Positions 20,027 to 30,444 of a stretch of DNA of 64,000 nt are shown here, in pieces. A program made the position numbers and the translations under genes. The notes under the pieces were generated by a model that was given only the letters and a program-made list of their open reading frames with translations, ran no database searches and was not told the origin of the DNA. The stretch is from Bacteroidales bacterium (GTDB taxonomy: Bacteria; Bacteroidota; Bacteroidia; Bacteroidales; VadinHA17), in the NCBI GenBank assembly GCA_025454815.1, contig JALONR010000005.1, forward strand, positions 14,134-78,133, read 5' to 3'. Every line of letters begins with the position of its first letter. Within the stretch, counting starts at the first letter, position 1.

Positions 20027-21180
20027 ACAGAAAGCAACAAATGGCAATATTCCTGACGGTGGTAATGACCGTCTACATACTCGTTAACTACTACCTGTGG
20101 CTGAAGGGGCGGAGAGCTCTCGCCGGAGCAGGTTTCAACACCACATGGTACACGGCCGTATTTATTGTCCTGGCTTCAACCTTCGTCCTGGGCAAGTTCC
20201 TTGAACATACCTGGACCAACCTGCTGACTGATATCCTGAACGTAACCGGTGGTTTCTGGATGGGGTTCATGCTGTATGGTTTCCTGGCCTGGCTGGCAGC
20301 CGACATCCTTCTGCTGATCCAGAAGCCGTTTCACATTGTGCCGGCAGAAGCCTTGCCAAAACTGCGACTGTGGATTTTCACGGGGATAACCTCCGGTGTT
20401 ATCCTGCTGATAATCATCGGTTTCATCAATGCAATCAGCCCCAGAACAAAAAGATATGACCTGGTTGTTGCAAAGGAAATTGCCTCCGGCGAACCGCTCC
20501 GGATAGTTGCAGTGTCAGATATCCACCTCGGAAGCATCATCCGCAAGCGAAGCATGCGTCATCTCTCCGAGATGATCAGCGAAGAAAAGCCAGACCTGGT
20601 TTTGTTCCTCGGCGACCTCCTCGACGGAAGCATCGGTCCGGTACTTCGTGGAGACCTCCTCTCTTACCTTAAAATACCGCAACCCCGCTACGGCATCTAT
20701 GCCATCACCGGGAACCATGAATTCATGAGTGAACTTGGCAAATCGATCCCATATATTGAGAGCAAAGGGATCAGGGTCCTGAAGGATGAGGTCGTAAGGC
20801 TGGAGAATGGTGTCCAGGTAATTGGCCGGATTGACAGGACAGCCCTGCACACACACGGCAGCAGGCGCGAACCGCTTGAAAAACTGCTGGCTGAAACCAA
20901 CACTGCAGCACCGATAATACTACTGGACCACCAGCCCTATGACCTTTCATTGCTGGCAGGCACCCCTGTTGACCTGCAGATGTCGGGACACACTCACGAC
21001 GGGCAGATGTGGCCGCTCAGTGTCATCACAAAAAGGATGTTTGAACTCAGTCACGGCTATAGGATGTTCGGAAAGACACACGTAATCGTATCATCAGGAT
21101 TTGGCATCTGGGGCCCGAGGATGCGGATTGGTACGAGGCCTGAGATTCTTTCAGTCACACTTAAGGGCAGCTCAGAGTGA
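20017..21180 (+). CDS. Membrane-bound metallophosphoesterase (YkuE-like)
   Basis: N-terminal TMs; SDIHLG, GDLLD, GNHE, HQP, SGHTHDGQ, G.WGP.MR.G. Confidence 0.92.
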   Translation: MDLNRKQQMAIFLTVVMTVYILVNYYLWLKGRRALAGAGFNTTWYTAVFIVLASTFVLGKFLEHTWTNLLTDILNVTGGFWMGFMLYGFLAWLAADILLLIQKPFHIVPAEALPKLRLWIFTGITSGVILLIIIGFINAISPRTKRYDLVVAKEIASGEPLRIVAVSDIHLGSIIRKRSMRHLSEMISEEKPDLVLFLGDLLDGSIGPVLRGDLLSYLKIPQPRYGIYAITGNHEFMSELGKSIPYIESKGIRVLKDEVVRLENGVQVIGRIDRTALHTHGSRREPLEKLLAETNTAAPIILLDHQPYDLSLLAGTPVDLQMSGHTHDGQMWPLSVITKRMFELSHGYRMFGKTHVIVSSGFGIWGPRMRIGTRPEILSVTLKGSSE

Positions 21181-22506
21181 AGGAAATACCTTCTCAAGCA
21201 TAATACCCCTTGACCCTTTTACAAGTATAGTATACCCCTGCGGGTTTTCAGCCTTAAGCCATTCAGCGGCTTCCTCAGATGTGGGAAAAAACTCCGCCTG
21301 TAATCCGCCCGGAGTTCCGGCAGCTAAGAGTTGCTCTGACTGGAATGCGGCTGCCGCCTCCCTGAACAACGGTCCGACCAGCACCGCCCGTATGCCGGGA
21401 AGACTGATCAGTTGCCTGATGACCGCCTCGTGTCCCGGTCTGCTCTCACTTCCCAGCTCCAGCATATCGCCCAGGATGACCATCTTTTTTTCTGCCTTCA
21501 GCCCGGCAAAGGAGGAAATGGCTTTCTCCATGCTCGACGGGTTTGCATTGTAGGCATCACGAATTACCGTATTCTTTCCTGTCTGCGTTACCTGGGAACG
21601 GTTGTTTGACGGACGGTATGATGAAACCGCATCAATAATACCGCTTACAGGAACATCAAACAGCAGCCCTGCAGCCATGGCAGCCCTGACATTATCTATA
21701 TTGTACCGGCCAAAGAGACCTGTCTCAAAGCGGTGAACAACCCCGTCAATGGTTGCGCTGACCCTGAGAACCATCCCTTCATCATCATCAGGTCCGGCGC
21801 TGAGACTGTGGCTTCCGGGCTCCGAGTACGGTACAGCCCGTGCCATCCCCGCCACAAGCCCGGAGAGAACATTATTTTCGTCGTTGTAAATGACCGTACC
21901 GCCGTTGGCCCCGAGCCAACGGTAAAGCTCAGACTTTGCCTTCCGTACATTTTCAAACGAGCCAAACCCTTCAATATGTGCCCTGCCAATGTTTGTTATC
22001 AGGCCGTGGGTCGGCATGGCAATCCTGCAAAGGGCATCAATCTCACCCATATGGTTGGCTCCCATCTCCACCACAAGGAAGGAGACATCGTCAGGTGCGC
22101 TCAGAAGAGTAAGCGGTACCCCGATGTGATTGTTGAAGTTTCCGGCAGTACTGTGCACCTTCCCCTTCCTGGACAGAACCGCTGTAACCAGTTCCTTGGT
22201 AGTGGTCTTTCCGTTGGTTCCCGTTATGGCAATGACGGGCATCTTCAGCCGGAGCCTGTGACTGGCCGCCAGGGCAGCCATAGTCTCAAGAACATCCCTG
22301 ACAACCACAATTCCTTCGCCGTCAAGTGAAGGGTCATCCACAACGGCGGCCAGCGCCCCCGCATCAATGGCCGCTGCAGCATGCCTGTTGCCGTCATGTG
22401 TCGGACCCCTGAGGGCAAAGAAAATCTCTCCTTTCCTTATTGTCCTTGAATCTGTTGTTACGCCCGCCGATCTGCGGTACAGCCTATATAAGCTTTCAAT
22501 ATCCAT
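21172..22506 (-). CDS. murF: UDP-MurNAc-tripeptide:D-Ala-D-Ala ligase
   Basis: TDSR, ITGTNGKTTTKE, NNHIGVPLTL, EMGANH, DAYNANPSSM, LGDMLELG, KGSRG. Confidence 0.97.
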   Translation of the reverse strand: MDIESLYRLYRRSAGVTTDSRTIRKGEIFFALRGPTHDGNRHAAAAIDAGALAAVVDDPSLDGEGIVVVRDVLETMAALAASHRLRLKMPVIAITGTNGKTTTKELVTAVLSRKGKVHSTAGNFNNHIGVPLTLLSAPDDVSFLVVEMGANHMGEIDALCRIAMPTHGLITNIGRAHIEGFGSFENVRKAKSELYRWLGANGGTVIYNDENNVLSGLVAGMARAVPYSEPGSHSLSAGPDDDEGMVLRVSATIDGVVHRFETGLFGRYNIDNVRAAMAAGLLFDVPVSGIIDAVSSYRPSNNRSQVTQTGKNTVIRDAYNANPSSMEKAISSFAGLKAEKKMVILGDMLELGSESRPGHEAVIRQLISLPGIRAVLVGPLFREAAAAFQSEQLLAAGTPGGLQAEFFPTSEEAAEWLKAENPQGYTILVKGSRGIMLEKVFPSL

Positions 22507-22572
22507 ATTCCCTGTCTTGTCTGAGGAAAACGCCGGTCAGTGACTGCGAAGTAACACAAAAACTTTCAAAAC

Positions 22573-22656
22573 AAAAGAGGCAGCCTCATTCTGACCTGAG
22601 ACAACCTCTTAATGAAAAGAGGCTGTCTCTTTCTGATTTGAGACAGCCTCTTTATG
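22573..22656 (-). terminator. Tandemly duplicated (2 x 42 bp) hairpin terminator after gldJ
   Basis: AAAAGAGGCAGCCTCA..TGAGACAACCTCTT and AAAAGAGGCTGTCTC..GAGACAGCCTCTTT; 7 differences in 42 nt; the second copy is a perfect stem. Confidence 0.8.
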
Positions 22657-22672
22657 TTTTGATTAAGGAAGA

Positions 22673-24160
22673 TTACAATCCTGCGGGACTTCCAACCCTG
22701 ATCATTGCGCACCTGAATCCAAGGTCATCACGTGATGCCTCCTGGTCAAGGAAACGGCGGGTTGAGGGATTGAGCCAGTAAGCCCTGTCCTTCCATGATC
22801 CGCCCTTGATAACCCTTGCCCTGTCATTGACAAGAGTCACATAGTCATTGTCAACCTCGTTCTGTGAGTACATCCTTTCTGTCTGGGGAAGGTCGGCATT
22901 GCCTGACCACTCAAGGCTCGAGGAGATGCTTGAGATCACGTCGCCGTCGAGGTAGTTCCTGTAATCAGATTTCTGATAGTTATACCTGTTGGCCACATCC
23001 TCAGCCCTGACGGTATCGATCTGCAGCCTGCCCAGCCTGTCCTTCTCAACCACCTGTCCGTTGGCATCGCGCCTCAGGTCGGTGAATACGTTGCCCCTGA
23101 ACGGGTTGAACATATCAACATCTTCTGATGAGAGCGGACGGTAAACATCCTGCACCCATTCGTTTACGTTTCCTGCCATGCAGTAGAGGCCATAGTCATT
23201 GGGCCAGTATGATCTTACGTCAACGGTGATGCTACCGGCATCGTTGAGGTTGCCTGCCACACCCATCATGTCACCGCGTCCGCGGACGAAGTTTGCCATG
23301 AATTCGCCCCTGTACTTGGGAGCTGCGTTGCGGACGTTGTGTCCGTCCCATGGATAAATTGCCCTTTCATAGATACGCTCCTCAAAGGTGTTTCCCCTGA
23401 GGCCGTAGGCGGCAAATTCCCACTCAGCTTCCGTCGGGAGGCGGTAACGGGGCAGCAGTATACCATCTTCCTGGCGCACGCGGGGATGAAGTTCATCTAC
23501 CCTCTGACCGGGAACACCCTCATATTGCCCTGCAAGATATGACTCGGTATTGAAGTTGTTTGCTCCTGACTGCTCAACATTGGCATCCTGCCATTTGCTG
23601 TCAAGAAGGATCTGCTCATTGACCCTGTCAGTACGCCATACGCAGTAGTCATTGGCCTGCAGCCAGCTCACACCCACAACAGGATAGTTGTTATAGGAGG
23701 GGTGGCGGAAGTAATACTGCACATAAGGCTCATTGAAGGCCAGCGGACTTCTCCACACCAGCGTGTCAGGAAGAGCGCGGCGATGAACCTCGGGATAATC
23801 ACTGTATACCCTCCTGAGCCAGTACAGGTATTCACGATAGTCGAGATTGGTGATTTCCGTCTCATCCATATAGAAAGATGATACGGTGACCCTGCGGGGT
23901 GAGTTGTTCCAGTCAAACATCACGTCCTGTTCAACCCTTCCCATTGTGAAGGTGCCTCCCTCAATAAGTACCAGGTTGGGACCGGTGATCTGCTCTGATG
24001 CCTCCCCTATCGGGTAGCCCAGGTCATTGACATCACTCGATTTGGGATCCCTGTAGCTCCAGCCAGTAGTCGGAGATACATTATCCTGCTTCCCTCCCTT
24101 GCAGGAAAAGAGGAAGAGAGCAACAACTACAAAAACCGGTAAAGCTCTGAGTTTATACAT
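22673..24160 (-). CDS. gldJ: Gliding motility lipoprotein GldJ (SUMF1/FGE-sulfatase fold)
   Basis: Lipobox FSC, S.TTGW.Y, SFYMDETEITN, ALPDTLVWR, YPVVGVSWLQA, RLPTEAEWE, KGGSWKDRAYWL, GFRCAM; synteny with murF and porU/porV. Confidence 0.85.
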   Translation of the reverse strand: MYKLRALPVFVVVALFLFSCKGGKQDNVSPTTGWSYRDPKSSDVNDLGYPIGEASEQITGPNLVLIEGGTFTMGRVEQDVMFDWNNSPRRVTVSSFYMDETEITNLDYREYLYWLRRVYSDYPEVHRRALPDTLVWRSPLAFNEPYVQYYFRHPSYNNYPVVGVSWLQANDYCVWRTDRVNEQILLDSKWQDANVEQSGANNFNTESYLAGQYEGVPGQRVDELHPRVRQEDGILLPRYRLPTEAEWEFAAYGLRGNTFEERIYERAIYPWDGHNVRNAAPKYRGEFMANFVRGRGDMMGVAGNLNDAGSITVDVRSYWPNDYGLYCMAGNVNEWVQDVYRPLSSEDVDMFNPFRGNVFTDLRRDANGQVVEKDRLGRLQIDTVRAEDVANRYNYQKSDYRNYLDGDVISSISSSLEWSGNADLPQTERMYSQNEVDNDYVTLVNDRARVIKGGSWKDRAYWLNPSTRRFLDQEASRDDLGFRCAMIRVGSPAGL

Positions 24161-24234
24161 AGCAATATAAGGTTTACTTGATTACTTTTTCAATTTAAAT
24201 TTTTGCTCATTTAGAAAACTCTGCACCAAAATAA

Positions 24235-25209
24235 CTACAAACCGGGCAACTTTATTATGTGGATCACCCTTCTTTTTTCAACATTTCCGAAACTTAACCC
24301 TGCCCCGGCCCTGATGATTGCCGTTCCCCCGAATGAGGAGTCTCCCCCTGCCAGGATGTAATTATATGATAATGTGATCTTTATTGAAGACATTTCCCAC
24401 CCCGCAGAGACACCTGCAGAGGTAAAACCGCCATTTACATGCCAGAGTGACAGGGCGCCGGAAAGTTCCCTCCATGATACTTCACTGCCTAAATAAACAG
24501 TGAACCGGTCTCCCTGTACAAGCATGGCCGCTGATGGGATGAAGGAAATCTCCTTTTCACGCGGACTTAAAGCCACACCTCCGGTAAACGTATAGAGACG
24601 GTTTATCCTGTTGTGATCAAGGTCATCATCGCTGAGCGAAGGCCTGGTGAGGTGCATCACGGATACCCCTCCGTACCAGGGGCCTGATGAGACAGTAAAG
24701 CCAGTGCCAAGATCGAATCGTATCAACGGAGCCGGACTGATATATTCTGTTCCTCCTCCGGTGATTCCCCTGAATGGATCAATGTCATCCGGCAGGATGA
24801 CAGAACCGGTTCTTATGCCTCGTGTTATAACCGAGGCAGTAAGACCAGCTGTGACATAAACATCTCTTCCTGCCCTGAAATGATATGCATAAGAAGCGCC
24901 TCCCCTCAGATCATTCATGATATCACCCAGCATGTCATCCGTTACCCATACACCTGCTCCTCCGTGCAGTGAACTGAAGTAAGCGTCATATGACGCATGG
25001 AAAGATCTGAGGCCGAATCCGTTGCCGGGGAAAAATGAAAAAGCGGAAATGTTCAGGGAGGGGGCACCGCCTGCACCTGTAAAACCCGGATTGTACATCA
25101 TCTGCATACCGGATACGGACCCGTACCAGGAGTCCTGGCCGCTGAGCGAAGTAATCCCTAAAAGAAGTGCGCCTATGAGAGTCCTGTACCTGAGTTTCAT
25201 GATTGCCAT
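24235..25209 (-). CDS. PorP/SprF family T9SS membrane protein (divergent)
   Basis: Signal peptide ending in Q, YNPGFTG, SYD, YAYH, H.TRP; lies between gldJ and porU. Confidence 0.75.
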   Translation of the reverse strand: MAIMKLRYRTLIGALLLGITSLSGQDSWYGSVSGMQMMYNPGFTGAGGAPSLNISAFSFFPGNGFGLRSFHASYDAYFSSLHGGAGVWVTDDMLGDIMNDLRGGASYAYHFRAGRDVYVTAGLTASVITRGIRTGSVILPDDIDPFRGITGGGTEYISPAPLIRFDLGTGFTVSSGPWYGGVSVMHLTRPSLSDDDLDHNRINRLYTFTGGVALSPREKEISFIPSAAMLVQGDRFTVYLGSEVSWRELSGALSLWHVNGGFTSAGVSAGWEMSSIKITLSYNYILAGGDSSFGGTAIIRAGAGLSFGNVEKRRVIHIIKLPGL

Positions 25210-25269
25210 CCGAAATAGTCAACGCTGCCCTGACATCATTATTTTATGCCATGCAGCCTCTATACGGGA

Positions 25270-25298
25270 GCAAAGATAAGTGACTTGATTATCTTTGC
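25270..25298. promoter_or_regulatory. Symmetric divergent promoter pair (two TATCTTTG -7 boxes)
   Basis: GCAAAGATAA-N9-TTATCTTTGC perfect 10-bp inverted repeat; each arm contains TAnnTTTG pointing into porP or porU. Confidence 0.65.
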
Positions 25299-25308
25299 GA
25301 TGATGGGA

Positions 25309-28300
25309 ATGAAAAGTCTTGCATCGGGTCTTATGGTACTGCTCACCTCGGTGACTGCCGTGTCGCAGGACTATGCAGGCACATCAGTGCTGGGGAGCGG
25401 CAGGTGGACAAAGTTTGCGGTAACGGAAGAAGGGGTCTACAGGATTGACTATTCCCGCATACGCGAAATGGGGTTCCCGGATCCCTCATCGGTGGTACTG
25501 TATGGCAATAACACCGGCCAGCTCTCATTCCAGAACGACGGAAGCGCACCGGATGATCTCAGGACGATTGCCGTTATGACCGAAAAGGGGAGTGACGGTG
25601 TTTTCAATGAGGGCGACTACCTTCTCTTCTATGCCGAAGGAACCCACCGGTGGATCCCTGACACGGATTCAGGGGAGTTCAGGTTCCTGAGGCATCACTA
25701 CTCGGATACTGCATGGTATTTCATGACATCACGGGCGGGAGGAGCGCCAACAATTGAACAGGAAACACCACCGGCAGCCTCACCCACATTGTTCTCCTCC
25801 GCCACGGATCTCTTCATAAGGCATGAACGCGAGGATGTCAACCTGATCAGATCAGGCAGGGAGTGGTACCAGCAGGTGGTACCGGGAATCCAGAACCTCG
25901 TAGGATTGGGCCTTACCGACATTTTAACCACGGAGAGGATAAAACTCACTGTAAGGGTTCTTGCCCGCTCTGACACACAGACATCGTTCTCCCTCAGGCA
26001 GGGGAGTGACGCTGTCAGGACCATAACACTTGCCCCGGTGACCACGACCGATCTCAACGGTCTCTTCGCGGAATCGGCAACAATAACAGATTCTGTATTC
26101 CCCTCATCGGGTTCACCCTCGTTCAGCCTCACCTTCTCATCCGGTGGTAACATGGCAGCAACAGGCTACATTGACTATGCAGACTTCAGGGCAAGAGCCT
26201 CCCTGGTCTGGAGGGGGAGCCAGCTCACCATCAGGGACAGCCGTTCGGTGGGTCATGCAGCCATCACCAGGTTCACCGTTGAGGGATCACCTTCACTCAT
26301 GGTCTGGGACGTTTCCGATCCTTTTGCCCCTCTGGCATTGCAGGCGTCAGCATCTGGCAATAACACAGTTTTCACGGCAGCAACTGACAGCCTGAGAAAA
26401 TTCGTGGTTTTCAGTACTGCAAGCCTGAAAAAGCCCGCAAGGAGCACTGCGGTACCCAACCAGGACCTGCATGGCATTGCTCCTGCTGAAATGATCATAG
26501 TAACACACCCGCTGTTCAGGAATTACGCAGAGCAACTTGCCGGTCTGCATCTTGATGATGACGGCATGGAGTCGGTACTGGTTACCCCGGAACAGATCTA
26601 CAATGAGTTTTCAGGAGGAATACCCGATGCCGTGGCAATCAGGAATTTCCTCAGGATGATACGCCACTGGGGCAATGAAACCGGGTCACCGGTCAGGTAC
26701 CTGCTGCTTTTCGGAGATGGCTCGTATGAGAACAAGACCCAGCCCCCGGGGAACAGCTCCTTCATCCCGACATGGCAGTCAGTAAACTCCACGGTAGGTG
26801 TACTCTCCTTCACCTCGGACGATTTCTACGGACTTCTTGATGACGGCGAAGGGGAAGCCGACGGGTTCCTTGATCTCGGAATAGGCAGGCTGCCCGCCTA
26901 TGATACCACATCAGCCGGAATCATGGTAAGAAAGATCGCCTCTTATATCTCCGGCCGGAACCAGGGCTCCTGGCGGAATACAATCTGCCTGGTGGCAGAC
27001 GATGAAGACTCCAACCTGCATATGTTCGATGCCGAGGGGCTGGCAGAATCAGCCTCTGCCTCCGTGCCTGCGCTGACAGTTGAAAAGATTTACCTGGATG
27101 CCTTCCGCCAGGTGACCACGGTAACAGGTGACTCCTACCCTGATGCATCCAGGGCTGTTGATGACAGGATGGCGGCCGGTTGCCTGATAATGAATTATGT
27201 GGGTCATGGAAACGAATCAGGACTGGCTCATGAAAGAGTCATCAGGACTGACAACATCAACTCCTGGAAAAACAGCATGATGCTTCCTCTTTTCATAACG
27301 GCCACCTGCGAGTTTTCACGGTTTGACGATGTTGATATAAACCGCTCCCAGGGAACCATAGCCCCTAAGACATCTGCCGGTGAGATGGTCCTGCTTAATC
27401 CTGACGGTGGCGGCATCGCTCTTATGAGCACTACCAGGGTGGTATATTCGGCTCCCAACTACACCCTCAACCGCGGGATTTATGACTTCGCCTTTCGCAG
27501 TGCACCTGACGGAAGATCCATGAGGCTGGGAGACATCATAAGACAGGCAAAGGTAAGCTCAGGAACAGGAATGAACAAAAGGAACTTCCTCCTCCTGGGT
27601 GATCCCGCGCTCAGGCTCGCATGGCCGGTTGACGGGAAAGTAGTGACTGACAGCATAAACGGCATTCACATCTCATTGCCCACAGACACTCTTAAGGCCC
27701 TGTCACTTGTGACCATCAGCGGCCACCTTGAGGATAGCAGCGGAAACCTTAAGTCAGGATTCAACGGTACAGTAGAGGCAACCGTGTCAGACAAACCCGG
27801 AGTTATAAGCACTCTGGCCAATGACGGAGGTTCATCCATGTCCTTTCCCGTAAACGGCAATGTGCTCTTCAGGGGAACAACATCAGTCGCGGGCGGCAGA
27901 TTCAGCTTTTCATTCATCGTGCCGCTTGACATTAACTACAGCTACGGCCCGGGCTCAGTCAGGTACTATGCTTACGACGGCAATACTGACCTGAACGGAA
28001 GCTTCGGGGGAATAACTGTAGGTGGCTTCTCGGAGGCAGCCATGGATGACACCGGGGGGCCGGTGATAAGGCTCTTCATGAATGATACCCTTTTCAACGA
28101 GGGAGGGGTCACTGACACCTCTCCAATCCTGCTGGCGCTGATCAGTGACAGGTCAGGTATCAACGCAACCGGAACTGGTATCGGGCATGACATAATAGCC
28201 TGGCTTGACGATGACATTCGCGGAGCGGTGACGCTTAACAGCCTTTTCAGGGCTGACATAGGGGTACACACGTCAGGAAGCCTGGCATATCCCCTGCTGG

Positions 28301-28707
28301 TGACGGAGAAGGGTGAACATACCATATCGCTGCGTGCGTGGGATAACCTGAACAATCCATCCGTGGCCACACTGAGATTTGTGGTTGAAACATCAGGCAC
28401 CTTCAGGCTATCTGAACTGCTTGCTTTCCCCAACCCGGTGACCGATGGCACAAAATTTACCGCAGGCCATAACAGGCCCGGCACTGAGATAGAGGTAACC
28501 ATTACAATATTCAGCTCTGACGGACGCCCGGTGAGGGTGCTCAGGGAAAAGAGCTACAGTGCAGGATATGCCCTGCCTGACATCCCGTGGGACGGATGTG
28601 ACAGTAACGGCGGAAGAGTGGCAAGAGGACTCTATCTGTGGCGTGCAGAAGCAGTTACCACGGAAGGGGAGAAAACATCAGCCACAGGACGTTTCATCAT
28701 TTTGTAA
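25309..28707 (+). CDS. porU: T9SS sortase PorU (C25 peptidase)
   Basis: SVL.SG.W.K..V, NQDLH, IYNEFS.G.PD, LLFGDGSY, catalytic NYVGHG and TATCEF, LLGDP, AWD..NN, C-terminal CTD FPNP; upstream of porV. Confidence 0.95.
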   Translation: MKSLASGLMVLLTSVTAVSQDYAGTSVLGSGRWTKFAVTEEGVYRIDYSRIREMGFPDPSSVVLYGNNTGQLSFQNDGSAPDDLRTIAVMTEKGSDGVFNEGDYLLFYAEGTHRWIPDTDSGEFRFLRHHYSDTAWYFMTSRAGGAPTIEQETPPAASPTLFSSATDLFIRHEREDVNLIRSGREWYQQVVPGIQNLVGLGLTDILTTERIKLTVRVLARSDTQTSFSLRQGSDAVRTITLAPVTTTDLNGLFAESATITDSVFPSSGSPSFSLTFSSGGNMAATGYIDYADFRARASLVWRGSQLTIRDSRSVGHAAITRFTVEGSPSLMVWDVSDPFAPLALQASASGNNTVFTAATDSLRKFVVFSTASLKKPARSTAVPNQDLHGIAPAEMIIVTHPLFRNYAEQLAGLHLDDDGMESVLVTPEQIYNEFSGGIPDAVAIRNFLRMIRHWGNETGSPVRYLLLFGDGSYENKTQPPGNSSFIPTWQSVNSTVGVLSFTSDDFYGLLDDGEGEADGFLDLGIGRLPAYDTTSAGIMVRKIASYISGRNQGSWRNTICLVADDEDSNLHMFDAEGLAESASASVPALTVEKIYLDAFRQVTTVTGDSYPDASRAVDDRMAAGCLIMNYVGHGNESGLAHERVIRTDNINSWKNSMMLPLFITATCEFSRFDDVDINRSQGTIAPKTSAGEMVLLNPDGGGIALMSTTRVVYSAPNYTLNRGIYDFAFRSAPDGRSMRLGDIIRQAKVSSGTGMNKRNFLLLGDPALRLAWPVDGKVVTDSINGIHISLPTDTLKALSLVTISGHLEDSSGNLKSGFNGTVEATVSDKPGVISTLANDGGSSMSFPVNGNVLFRGTTSVAGGRFSFSFIVPLDINYSYGPGSVRYYAYDGNTDLNGSFGGITVGGFSEAAMDDTGGPVIRLFMNDTLFNEGGVTDTSPILLALISDRSGINATGTGIGHDIIAWLDDDIRGAVTLNSLFRADIGVHTSGSLAYPLLVTEKGEHTISLRAWDNLNNPSVATLRFVVETSGTFRLSELLAFPNPVTDGTKFTAGHNRPGTEIEVTITIFSSDGRPVRVLREKSYSAGYALPDIPWDGCDSNGGRVARGLYLWRAEAVTTEGEKTSATGRFIIL

Positions 28708-28771
28708 TCCAACACAATAAGTCGCCCTTATTTTTGTTTTATATTTGCACAAATTCTGAATCAGAACAAAC

Positions 28772-29935
28772 ATGAAAAACAAGGCGCTGACTGTTAGCAT
28801 TATACTTCTTTTTTTAGTTTTTGTTTCACCGGTACGGGCACAGGTTGAAGATCCCTATAACGTCATCCAGACCGTGGTGCCGTTCCTCACAATCGCGCCT
28901 GACTCCCGGTCAGGAGCCCTGGGTGATGCGGGCGTTGCCACCTCACCCGATCTCTACAGCATGCACTGGAACCCCGCAAAATATGCCTTCATCGACGGAA
29001 ATGGCGGCTTCGGGATGTCTTATTCCCCCTGGCTCCGGGCATTGGTTCCCGATATTAATCTTGCATATCTTACCGGTTACTACAGGCTTGACAGCAGGCA
29101 GGTGCTTGCAGCAAGCCTGATGTACTCATCACTTGGAGAGATACAGTTCACGGATGACTATGGCAACTATCAGCGCGATTATAACCCCAATGAATTCTCT
29201 GTGGATGTGGCATACTCACGACTCTTCTCGGAGAACTGGTCAGGGGGCGTGGCAATGAGGTTTATCTATTCAAACATCACCGGCGGAATGACAGTGGGAA
29301 CAACGGAAACAAAGGCAGGGATAGCCTTTGCCGCTGACGCATCGGCTTATTACACAACCGAACTGAAACTAGGAAACCGGGACGGGAACATCTCCGCAGG
29401 GGTAAACTTTTCGAACATAGGCTCAAAGATGAGCTACACAACCGATGTCGATCCCGACTTCATTCCCATGAATATGAGGCTCGGAACCACGTTCATGGTG
29501 AACCTTGACAGGTACAATGCACTCGGTATCTCTCTTGATGTAAACAAGCTTCTGGTACCAACGCCTCCTGTTTATGATGAAGACAGGAACATCATCGACG
29601 GAAAGGATCCCAACGTATCTGTGCCGGTGGCAATATTCCAGTCGTTCTATGATGCCCCCGGCGGCTTCAGTGAGGAGATGAAGGAATTCACCCAGTCCAT
29701 TGGCTTGGAATACTGGTACAACCAGCAGTTTGCCCTCAGGGCAGGATACTTCAATGAGGCCGAGAGCAAGGGTAATAAAAAGTATTTCACCGTGGGAGCA
29801 GGATTCAGACTGAGTGTCTTCTCCCTTGACTTCTCATACCTCGTTCCGGTGACACAGAATAACCCGCTGGCACGGACACTCAGATTCTCGCTCGGATTCG
29901 AGTTCGATTCACTGCGCAACCTGAGCCAGAAGTAA
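28772..29935 (+). CDS. porV: T9SS outer membrane shuttle PorV
   Basis: VPFLTIAPDSRSGALGD.GVATSPD, WNPAKY, SYSPWL, EYWY, RAGYF.E...KG, LRFSL.F. Confidence 0.96.
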   Translation: MKNKALTVSIILLFLVFVSPVRAQVEDPYNVIQTVVPFLTIAPDSRSGALGDAGVATSPDLYSMHWNPAKYAFIDGNGGFGMSYSPWLRALVPDINLAYLTGYYRLDSRQVLAASLMYSSLGEIQFTDDYGNYQRDYNPNEFSVDVAYSRLFSENWSGGVAMRFIYSNITGGMTVGTTETKAGIAFAADASAYYTTELKLGNRDGNISAGVNFSNIGSKMSYTTDVDPDFIPMNMRLGTTFMVNLDRYNALGISLDVNKLLVPTPPVYDEDRNIIDGKDPNVSVPVAIFQSFYDAPGGFSEEMKEFTQSIGLEYWYNQQFALRAGYFNEAESKGNKKYFTVGAGFRLSVFSLDFSYLVPVTQNNPLARTLRFSLGFEFDSLRNLSQK

Positions 29936-29943
29936 TTTCCATA

Positions 29944-30444
29944 ATGACACTGCACCAGAGAATAGGACAGGGCATCGACTTTCACCGCCTGGAGGAGGGT
30001 CGTGAGCTGTGGCTCGGTGGCGTACGGATCAATTCGTCCAGGGGATGCGTGGCACACTCTGACGGCGATGTGCTTATACATGCCATCTGCGACGCACTGC
30101 TTGGTGCGGCAGGACTTAATGACATAGGTTATCATTTCCCCGACACCTCTCCGGAATTTAAAGGGATTGACAGCAAAATACTGCTGAAACGGGTGGTGGA
30201 GCTGATCACACGAGCAGGTTACAGGATAGTGAATATTGACAGCACAGTCTGCCTGGAGTTGCCAAAGCTTGCACCATACATCACTGCCATGCGCACCACT
30301 CTGGCTTCCATAACCAACATCTCACCGGATGCGGTCTCAGTCAAGGCAACAACCACCGAAAAGATGGGGTTCACCGGCCGCGGTGAGGGAATCGTTGCCA
30401 TGGCTGTCTGCCTGCTCTCTGACCTGATCCCGGATAATATCTGA
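29944..30444 (+). CDS. ispF: 2-C-methyl-D-erythritol 2,4-cyclodiphosphate synthase
   Basis: RIGQG.D.H, HSDGDV..HAICDALLGA, DIG.HFPD, KATTTEKMGF.GRGEG. Confidence 0.97.
   Translation: MTLHQRIGQGIDFHRLEEGRELWLGGVRINSSRGCVAHSDGDVLIHAICDALLGAAGLNDIGYHFPDTSPEFKGIDSKILLKRVVELITRAGYRIVNIDSTVCLELPKLAPYITAMRTTLASITNISPDAVSVKATTTEKMGFTGRGEGIVAMAVCLLSDLIPDNI

Noticed and set aside
21733-22329. Long antisense or alternate-frame ORFs (also 27972-28502, 31093-31644, 38739-39245 and many shorter)
   Set aside because: Shadows of well-supported genes in moderately GC-rich DNA, without recognisable motifs.
22673-24160. FGE-sulfatase/C-type-lectin fold gene as a diversity-generating retroelement target
   Set aside because: Motifs and synteny identify GldJ; no reverse transcriptase or template repeat of its 3' end was seen.
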